Source: an uncultured archaeon
GTDB taxonomy: Archaea > Asgardarchaeota > Jordiarchaeia > Jordiarchaeales > Jordiarchaeaceae
Assembly: GCA_964510585.1 (NCBI GenBank)
Contig: CAZECW010000217.1
Location: forward strand, 1 to 5,357
Length of the DNA: 5,357 bases
Direction: 5' to 3'
Shown: positions 1 to 5,357 of the stretch, in pieces
How positions within the stretch are numbered: position 1 is the stretch's first letter
Layout: each line of letters opens with the position of its first letter
Translations under genes and position numbers: made by a program
Notes under the pieces: generated by a model
What the model saw: the letters and a program-made list of their open reading frames with translations, nothing else
Told to the model about the DNA's origin: nothing
Database searches by the model: none

Positions 1-19
1 CTTTCTTTATTTGAGGCTC

Positions 20-1669
20 TTAGGTGGCTGGAGCTGTTGGGGGAGTGATTAGGTAGAGTGGCCAGTTTTTTAGAATTCCTTTTGGAAGTTCGCCCTTTTT
101 GACTTTTTTTATGAGTTCTAACCTGGGTGTTTTTGTCTCGAATGGTTGACTGCTGATTGTTTCTAGTTGGAGCTGTTTTCTTTTCATAGCTTGCCTAATA
201 AATTTTCCCCCAGGACATTGGTAAAGTTTATTTTTAATTTCATCGATGCCTACGCAATGGCTACTTTCAGGCAGTGTTAGGATCATCACAAGGTGCTGCA
301 TATTGGCATCCGCTATTATTATGGCTGAGAGGCTCCCCTTCACTTCACATTTTAGGGATAAACATGTAAAAAGTCTATGGGGATTAACTATTTCCAAGTT
401 TTTAATTTTAAAATAGTCTCCTACAAACACTCTGCTCCCTTGAGGAATTTTGAGTTCCCTTGAAAATTTTAACTCTACTTTTAGAGGAAACGCTGCGCGT
501 AAAACTTGTCCACCAATTTTGGGAAGGCCCTGCTGATTTTCAACGGTGACCACGTCCCCCGTATCGATGTTTATTATTGGCTCAGAACCCCGGAGATGTG
601 AAACTAGGAGCTGGCCGAAGCCCTTTCTGCTGCGAGAAATTAGCTCAATTTTTTCACCGCGCCTAACAACAGGTATGGATAGGGGAAACACCAACATTCT
701 ATCGCTTAACGGGAAGCCTGAATCATCTCTATCGATACTTGCAGCAAATGGGCCTACTTCACTTCCCACATAAAGGTTGGTGTATTTTTCAGAGCCCCTC
801 TTCCAACCCATAAAATTTCGAATCTTGGACCATTCACCCTCGGTCATTGAGGAAATACTGAAAACTATTGTGGCTTCAGAAAGGGCCTCTGATAAAAGTT
901 TCTGCAACTCTGCGGCTGCTGCTCCAACTTCCCAATTATTTATCATGCGTGTAAGTTCAGAAGACTCTCGACTTTCGGTAAAAGTTTTTTGTGAATTTTT
1001 TAAGCTTTGGCGTAGCTTGTCCAAGTCGGCCCAACCCAATATGGTGGAGGCTGGAGCGGAAACAATTGATATTTTATTCATGGAGAGCATTTTTTCTAGT
1101 ACTAGGGGATTGTTGGCATTTTTGTATTCGTAGAGAAGGTATGATTTGGGCTTAATTAGGGAGAGCATAAGCCTCTGGGAAAATTCTGAGGAATAAAGTT
1201 TAATCAACGTTTTTTTGTTAAAATTGATCATTCCATCCCCAATTATCCTGTTAGGGACAAATATGACTGCTGAGGAATCGGTGCTCAGCCCACTAGCTTC
1301 AAATATGGCCCGCATTCCAGGAGCCCACAATCTTTTAGCCAATTCTTCTGAAATGTGGTAAAATTTGAGATCAGAGAGGGTGCCACCCGATGTACCAGAA
1401 GTGTGACAACACACCACAGGCTTTGAACCCTTATGTGAGTCCACAAGAGAGTTTGGTTCCACAGAGATTTGTTTGGGGTCTGTGACTTCCCTTTTTATCC
1501 TTTCAAAAATATTATCAACATTCTCTAGTCCCGATAGCTTCAATGCTAGGGACTCGTATTCCTCCCTTGAAGATATGTTGAGCCAGCTTCTCCAATCAGT
1601 GGAATGAATATCAGAGTAGGCTTCATTAAAAACCCTCTGCAATTGGGGGTCAAAATCATAAAATCTCAT
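20..1669 (-). CDS. Adenylate-forming (ANL superfamily) enzyme, GH3 / phenylacetate-CoA ligase / LuxE-like, about 549 aa
   Basis: P-loop motif HTSGTSGG..K (nt 1382-1402), NLYVGSEVG (A5 / GH3 YxxSE-type, nt 752-772), IDTGDVV (A7 TGD, nt 554-565) and a following Arg (GQVLR), in the expected order. The P-loop lies only about 90 aa from the N-terminus, as in short GH3/PaaK/LuxE-type members. The ORF track starts at GTG 1729; ATG 1669 is preferred because GGAGA lies 6 nt upstream and the extra 20 aa look like translated spacer. Confidence 0.82.
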   Translation of the reverse strand: MRFYDFDPQLQRVFNEAYSDIHSTDWRSWLNISSREEYESLALKLSGLENVDNIFERIKREVTDPKQISVEPNSLVDSHKGSKPVVCCHTSGTSGGTLSDLKFYHISEELAKRLWAPGMRAIFEASGLSTDSSAVIFVPNRIIGDGMINFNKKTLIKLYSSEFSQRLMLSLIKPKSYLLYEYKNANNPLVLEKMLSMNKISIVSAPASTILGWADLDKLRQSLKNSQKTFTESRESSELTRMINNWEVGAAAAELQKLLSEALSEATIVFSISSMTEGEWSKIRNFMGWKRGSEKYTNLYVGSEVGPFAASIDRDDSGFPLSDRMLVFPLSIPVVRRGEKIELISRSRKGFGQLLVSHLRGSEPIINIDTGDVVTVENQQGLPKIGGQVLRAAFPLKVELKFSRELKIPQGSRVFVGDYFKIKNLEIVNPHRLFTCLSLKCEVKGSLSAIIIADANMQHLVMILTLPESSHCVGIDEIKNKLYQCPGGKFIRQAMKRKQLQLETISSQPFETKTPRLELIKKVKKGELPKGILKNWPLYLITPPTAPAT

Positions 1670-1675
1670 AACAAA

Positions 1676-1680
1676 TCTCC
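1676..1680 (-). promoter_or_regulatory. Shine-Dalgarno site (GGAGA) for the adenylate-forming enzyme
   Basis: Minus strand reads tttGGAGAtttgttATG, with the ATG at 1669. Confidence 0.7.
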
Positions 1681-1735
1681 AAAAAGAATAGATAAAAAAA
1701 TAGTTTTTTCTAGCTAATCCAACATACACATATTT

Positions 1736-2992
1736 TTATGGCGGCTTTTCTTCGCCGAATGTTTGCCACTGTTTGAATGGCTTCTTCATGGCGTGGTATT
1801 TCTCGTAATCCTTTTTGGAGAAACCATTATTTTTACAAATTTTTCCGTAGAATTCTCCGGCGGGCGTAATCTTCCTCCTGAGTGACCCCACCAAGTCTAT
1901 GTATCCACCCACATCCTTTTCTTTGCCTTCAACGTCCACCAATGCGAAGAAGGGTCTATAGTTGTAACCCCACTCGTAGCTGTGTAGCGTACACCACCAA
2001 TTGTATCCAATTGCTTTTACTTTGTCCAGCTTTATAGCGTCATAATATTCCTTGAGGTGCTCAACCATAAATTTGATTTTCTCGTCGTTGTCCCGTGTGG
2101 GAAACCCGTTTTCAATAACGGTTACTGGTTTTCCATATCTCTTGTAGAGATCTGTGGCTAGCATCCTTAATCCCTCTGGATAAACTATCTGGTTGGCTAC
2201 CATATTGTTCTCCTTCATGAAGAATTTGAAATAGTAGTCGATTCCACAATAATCCATTTTGTCCTTTATTCCATCCAGAACCTGATAGTTCAAAACTTGG
2301 TTGGCCAGATCAGCAGATGCTTTATGTGCCTCGTTTTTTGGGTCTTGGGGAACATATATTCCGCAGTAGTTGGATATTCCCACCTTAACGTTTTTAGAGT
2401 TGGAGTGTATCACATCGAAGCTCTCGTTTAGAGCCTCAATCAAGTTACTGACGCAGGTTAAAGCTTCCCCCATATCGTTGTGGAATGGAGGGAAGGCGCT
2501 GTCAGGGCTTAACCCTCCCAAATAGGCATTGAGAGCATATATCTGGGGCTCATTTATAACAACAGCATAGTCGATGTATTCCCCAAATTCTTTTATAACT
2601 AGCTCAACATATTCCGCAAATTTTTTCACTATCCTTTTGGAAAGCCAGCCATTGTGGTCGTGGATCCACTTGGGGTTAGTGAAGTGGTGGAGGGTGACCC
2701 AAGTTTTGAGGCCTGTTTTTCTGAGCTCGGAGAAATAGTTGTGGTAGAAGTTTATGGCGTCCTTGCTGATTTTTCCCTCCTCAGGCTCAATTCTTGCCCA
2801 TTCAATGGAGGTTCTCCAAGCATTATGGTTCATTTTGAGGAGAAGCTTGAAATCCTCCGGGTAGCGTTCCACATGCCTCGCAGTCCACCTCAAAGGAAGA
2901 TCACACCTGGCACCACCAAAGGCTTGGTAGTCGCAGATAGCACTTCCCCAGAGAAAACCATCAGGAAACCGGTAAAATTCTTCCTTGCCCAT
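1736..2992 (-). CDS. Glycoside hydrolase family 1 (beta-glycosidase-like), 418 aa, compact archaeal type
   Basis: GH1 motifs in order: FPDGFLWG..Q, WRTSIEWARIEP, VTLHHFTNP, INEP (acid/base E148), GIDYY, VIENG (nucleophile E294), GYNWW..YEW. No signal peptide is evident. Length and layout resemble the Pyrococcus horikoshii BGPh-type short GH1, judged from recall and not by alignment. Confidence 0.93.
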   Translation of the reverse strand: MGKEEFYRFPDGFLWGSAICDYQAFGGARCDLPLRWTARHVERYPEDFKLLLKMNHNAWRTSIEWARIEPEEGKISKDAINFYHNYFSELRKTGLKTWVTLHHFTNPKWIHDHNGWLSKRIVKKFAEYVELVIKEFGEYIDYAVVINEPQIYALNAYLGGLSPDSAFPPFHNDMGEALTCVSNLIEALNESFDVIHSNSKNVKVGISNYCGIYVPQDPKNEAHKASADLANQVLNYQVLDGIKDKMDYCGIDYYFKFFMKENNMVANQIVYPEGLRMLATDLYKRYGKPVTVIENGFPTRDNDEKIKFMVEHLKEYYDAIKLDKVKAIGYNWWCTLHSYEWGYNYRPFFALVDVEGKEKDVGGYIDLVGSLRRKITPAGEFYGKICKNNGFSKKDYEKYHAMKKPFKQWQTFGEEKPP

Positions 2993-3000
2993 TTAGTTCT

Positions 3001-3006
3001 TCTCCT
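3001..3006 (-). promoter_or_regulatory. Shine-Dalgarno site (AGGAGA) for the GH1 gene
   Basis: Minus strand reads tttAGGAGAagaactaaATG, 8 nt before ATG 2992. Confidence 0.7.
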
Positions 3007-3125
3007 AAAACTTGATGTTTCTTAATATCGCTTTTCTCCTAAATAAAAGTTAATCCCTCTTGGATTTGTGGAATATTTGGTAAACGCCTATTTTAACAGG
3101 GTATTAGGCCTTAGTAAACTCATAG

Positions 3126-3132
3126 AAAAAAA
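3126..3132 (-). terminator. Putative archaeal oligo-T terminator after the membrane-protein gene
   Basis: T7 tract on the minus strand within a pyrimidine-rich run, about 30 nt after the TAA at 3162. Oligo-U termination is established in archaea, but the function of this tract is inferred. Confidence 0.45.
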
Positions 3133-3161
3133 GGTTGGGTTGAAGTTAAGGGGGGATGTTT

Positions 3162-3674
3162 TTATCTTCGTCTCCAGTATCCGCCTAGTATTGCGAGAAA
3201 TACTATGACAACTATAAATGCTGAAATGCAGGTTATTATGGGGCCTAATGGTAGCTGCAATGAACTCAGGTATACTGGTATGTTGTTGTACAAAATTGTG
3301 TACTGCCATTGACCCTGGTAGTAATATAAATAAGTGGCGTAGGGAACCCTCAACAATTCGAGATTGGTGCTGCCGCCGATTCTAGGTACTAAGTATAGGA
3401 ACGAAGCAGTTAACGTAACACTTGCCCCAAAAACTGTTAATCCACCACTTATTGCATACTCTTTAGCTGCAAGGGAGAGAAGGACACCGATTAGGGCAAT
3501 AATGGTGCCAATGATGCAGAGGAGGTTCTCAAGTTCACCTAGCCACATTGGCATAGAAATCTGAGTACCAAATATGGTCTGCTGAATATTTAACAATGGA
3601 ACGAGTAATCCAAAGCCCATTAGAATAGTGAAAATTAACCCCACCAAATTGGCACTGAGACCAGTTCTTGGCAT
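3162..3674 (-). CDS. Hypothetical integral membrane protein, 170 aa, about 4 TM helices
   Basis: Hydrophobic segments at about aa 7-29, 50-70, 74-96 and 143-165, a basic C-terminus (WRRR), and GGTGAG 5 nt before the ATG. No family recognised. Confidence 0.82.
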   Translation of the reverse strand: MPRTGLSANLVGLIFTILMGFGLLVPLLNIQQTIFGTQISMPMWLGELENLLCIIGTIIALIGVLLSLAAKEYAISGGLTVFGASVTLTASFLYLVPRIGGSTNLELLRVPYATYLYYYQGQWQYTILYNNIPVYLSSLQLPLGPIITCISAFIVVIVFLAILGGYWRRR

Positions 3675-3679
3675 TACTT

Positions 3680-3685
3680 CTCACC
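3680..3685 (-). promoter_or_regulatory. Archaeal-type Shine-Dalgarno site (GGTGAG)
   Basis: Minus strand reads tttGGTGAGaagtaATG, with the ATG at 3674. Confidence 0.7.
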
Positions 3686-3730
3686 AAACACATTTTTTTC
3701 ATTTATGATTAAAATATTCCACCGAATTAG

Positions 3731-3738
3731 TATAAAAG
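3731..3738 (-). promoter_or_regulatory. Candidate TATA box (CTTTTATA) for the membrane-protein gene
   Basis: CTTTTATA lies about 57 nt upstream of ATG 3674. A similar CTTTTAT (3043-3049) lies about 51 nt upstream of the GH1 ATG. AT-rich context limits confidence. Confidence 0.4.
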
Positions 3739-3885
3739 AATTCCTAAATACCTTACAATTCTTCCCCATTTCTAATTTAAAAAATATTCGAATAGGAACA
3801 AATTATCCTTCCTTTCTCCGAAAATTTCGTTTTGTGGGTTAACCATTTTAAGTTTCCAATGATAGTTGATATTAAAGGTGATTTT

Positions 3886-5052
3886 TTGAGCTGGGTGTGG
3901 CGCTTAATACCTGAAAAGTGTTCCGTTTGCGGAGAAAAACTAAAGAAGCCAGTCAAATCTGGCCAGGTCGGTTTCGCTCAACATAAGGAGTGCTACTTCA
4001 ATTTCTGGAGGAGCAGGAGAAGAATACCCGTCATTTCGGCATATAGGCGGTTGAAAAGCCCAGCTCTCAAGACTGCAAACATGGAGTGTCTAAGAAGCCG
4101 ATTCTCACTCAACCTTTCAGACGGATGCCCCCACGAATGTGTTTACTGTTATGCCCGAGCCATGTGGCCAAGCCCCCCTCACGGCTCCTACTTCATCCGC
4201 TCAGGCATCGTGGACCAAGTTAAATCCTTCATAAATCGGGCTAGAGTCGTAAAACCCATTTATGTCTCTCCAGTTAGCGATCCCCTTGCTTCTCCCGAGT
4301 TAACCAGTATGACTATTGAACTCTCCCAATTCTTTGTGGAGAAAAGGATTCCATTCTATATAGTGACCAAGGGGAAAATTCCTGAAAAAATATTTGAAAT
4401 CACACAGGATTATCCCTTCTTTGCAGTACAGGTTTCTCTAACTACCCTCAACAAGGACCTTGCCAACATGATTGAGCCCAACGCTCCACCTCCGAATATT
4501 AGAATGGAGAATCTCAGAAGGGCTAAGGATTGGGGAGTCTTCACAGTGCTTCGGGAAGACCCCCTACTTCCCTACATAACTGATTCCGACCAAAACATTA
4601 CTGAATTGTCGCAAACAGCATTAGACATAGGGGTGGACCACATCATTGGAAGCTATGTGGGTCTCAAAATCTCCTCGCAGAGCCACTTCCAATACTTGGA
4701 ATTATGGTTCAAAGAAAACGAGTTGAAAGAATTAGTGGATAAATATAGAGAGCTCTTCTACCAGAAGGGAAGAGTTTTTCGAGGCTACCGAATAAGCTTG
4801 GAGGAGTACCGCCACCCCAAACTCAAACTCATAAGAGACCTAATTCTGAAGTCAAAAAAGAAAACCACCTATGGCCTCTGTATGGAGGACATGGACCAGT
4901 TATGGATAGGAAAAATTTGTGAGGGATTCCGGTTCCCCCCAGTAAAGCGTAACAAGGAACAGCAATTTACACCCATTCAGGGATGCGAGGGAAACTGTCG
5001 AACATGCCAAATCCAATGCACAAGTAGAACCATACAACTAAAACTGCCATAA
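3886..5052 (+). CDS. Radical SAM protein, SplB/COG1533 (spore photoproduct lyase-like) family, with N-terminal zinc-finger motif and C-terminal Cys cluster
   Basis: CxxxCxxC motif GCPHECVYCYA (nt 4126-4149), then SDP, IVTKG, VSLTTL..L...IEPNAP.P..R..NL and DPLLPYITD, all typical of this family. The start is uncertain: TTG 3886 is preferred because GGTGAT (3877-3882) precedes it; ATG 3859, GTG 3895 and TTG 3832 (ORF track) are in-frame alternatives. Confidence 0.88.
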   Translation: MSWVWRLIPEKCSVCGEKLKKPVKSGQVGFAQHKECYFNFWRSRRRIPVISAYRRLKSPALKTANMECLRSRFSLNLSDGCPHECVYCYARAMWPSPPHGSYFIRSGIVDQVKSFINRARVVKPIYVSPVSDPLASPELTSMTIELSQFFVEKRIPFYIVTKGKIPEKIFEITQDYPFFAVQVSLTTLNKDLANMIEPNAPPPNIRMENLRRAKDWGVFTVLREDPLLPYITDSDQNITELSQTALDIGVDHIIGSYVGLKISSQSHFQYLELWFKENELKELVDKYRELFYQKGRVFRGYRISLEEYRHPKLKLIRDLILKSKKKTTYGLCMEDMDQLWIGKICEGFRFPPVKRNKEQQFTPIQGCEGNCRTCQIQCTSRTIQLKLP

Positions 5053-5113
5053 GCCCCTAAAAGGAAAACCTAACCAAAAAAGTAGCGACTCCTATCACTC
5101 ATACACCTGCCAC

Positions 5114-5140
5114 TGTAGAAGTTAGGGACATTTGTCACCC
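5114..5140. repeat. Putative terminal inverted repeat (right end) of the IS
   Basis: TGTAGAAGTTAGGGACATTTGTCACCC begins with TGT and contains the dyad GACA-tt-TGTC (5127-5136). The partner repeat is outside the window, so the exact length cannot be fixed. Confidence 0.6.
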
Positions 5141-5356
5141 CTTGCTGTTAATTGGTAGGATGTCCTGTAATTTAAACGCTTCTACGAACCCCTCAAACCA
5201 AGAGGAGTTTGGTGGGACGCCGAACCGCTCATAGGGAGTCTGGAGGGTTATCCGGTTCACGCAGTGGTTCTCAAACTCCAGGAAGGCCTGGGTCTTCCGC
5301 TCCAGGTCTTCGCGGGAGCTGTAGCCCGATGTTTTGAGGATGGCCTTGAGTTCCTT
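5135..5356 (-). CDS. Transposase C-terminal fragment (DDE integrase core, IS481/IS3-like), 5' partial
   Basis: Manual translation: KELKAILKTSGYSSREDLERKTQAFLEFENHCVNRITLQTPYERFGVPPNSSWFEGFVEAFKLQDILPINSKG*. This fits the 'lK.e.....f.s.eel...l..y...yN.......L...TP.e.f' pattern at the end of rve domains. The stop (TGA 5137-5135) falls inside the terminal repeat region. Confidence 0.72.
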   Translation of the reverse strand, partial: KELKAILKTSGYSSREDLERKTQAFLEFENHCVNRITLQTPYERFGVPPNSSWFEGFVEAFKLQDILPINSKG

Positions 5357-5357
5357 C

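Larger units (their letters stand above)
5114..5357 (-). mobile_element. Right end of an IS481-like insertion sequence (partial, continues beyond the window)
   Basis: Contains the C-terminus of an integrase-core-type transposase, followed by an end reading ...GGGGTGACAAATGTCCCTAACTTCTACA on the minus strand. 5'-TGT...ACA-3' ends are characteristic of IS481. Hand count for 5201-5357 is 91/157 G+C (about 58%), clearly above most of the window. Confidence 0.72.

Noticed and set aside
546-1133. Plus-strand ORFs 546-773 (75 aa) and 777-1133 (118 aa)
   Set aside because: Entirely antisense to the motif-bearing adenylate-forming gene, with no RBS or recognisable domain; shadow ORFs.
1181-1195. LYSSE in the ligase, resembling GH3 motif II (YxSSE)
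   Set aside because: Wrong position relative to the P-loop and TGD motifs; YVGSE at 752-772 fits the expected spacing.
1670-1729. 20-aa N-terminal extension of the ligase from GTG 1729
   Set aside because: No RBS, and it covers a low-complexity A/T spacer. ATG 1669 has a well-spaced GGAGA.
2654-3025. Plus-strand 123-aa ORF
   Set aside because: Mostly antisense to the GH1 5' end, with no recognisable motifs.
3086-3109. GCCTA...TAGGC inverted repeat
   Set aside because: Only a 5-bp stem with a 14-nt loop; expected by chance.
3088-3564. ORFs 3088-3309 (-) and 3364-3564 (+)
   Set aside because: Alternate-frame and antisense overlaps of the membrane-protein gene, which has the RBS and coherent TM pattern.
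3886-5052. Naming the gene splB
   Set aside because: Family resemblance only; the SPL H-donor Cys appears absent and extra domains are present.
5053-5113. Possible frameshifted continuation of the radical SAM gene, or a tiny minus-strand ORF (MSDRSRYFFG)
   Set aside because: Both alternative plus frames hit stops before 5052, and the tiny ORF has no properly spaced RBS.
1-5357. CRISPR array, tRNA, rRNA or long tandem repeats
   Set aside because: No regularly spaced repeats or cloverleaf/rRNA-like segments seen by eye. Non-coding gaps are all under about 210 bp; a covariance-model search was not possible.

Overview
Probably archaeal DNA (inference from GGTGA/GGAGA ribosome-binding sites, TTTTATA-type boxes and oligo-T tracts; lineage not determinable here). 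The minus strand carries three genes in series: a 4-TM membrane protein of unknown function (3162-3674), a compact, divergent family-1 glycoside hydrolase (1736-2992), and a GH3/PaaK/LuxE-type adenylate-forming enzyme (20-1669). Divergently on the plus strand is a SplB/COG1533-like radical SAM enzyme (about 3886-5052) with an extra N-terminal CxxC-x17-HxxC zinc-finger motif and a C-terminal CxxxCxxCxxxC cluster. The window ends in the right end of an IS481-like insertion sequence (5114 to beyond 5357) that the ORF track missed. No rRNA, tRNA or CRISPR array was seen. The best leads are the glycosidase plus acyl-adenylating ligase pair and the radical SAM protein with three candidate metal sites.
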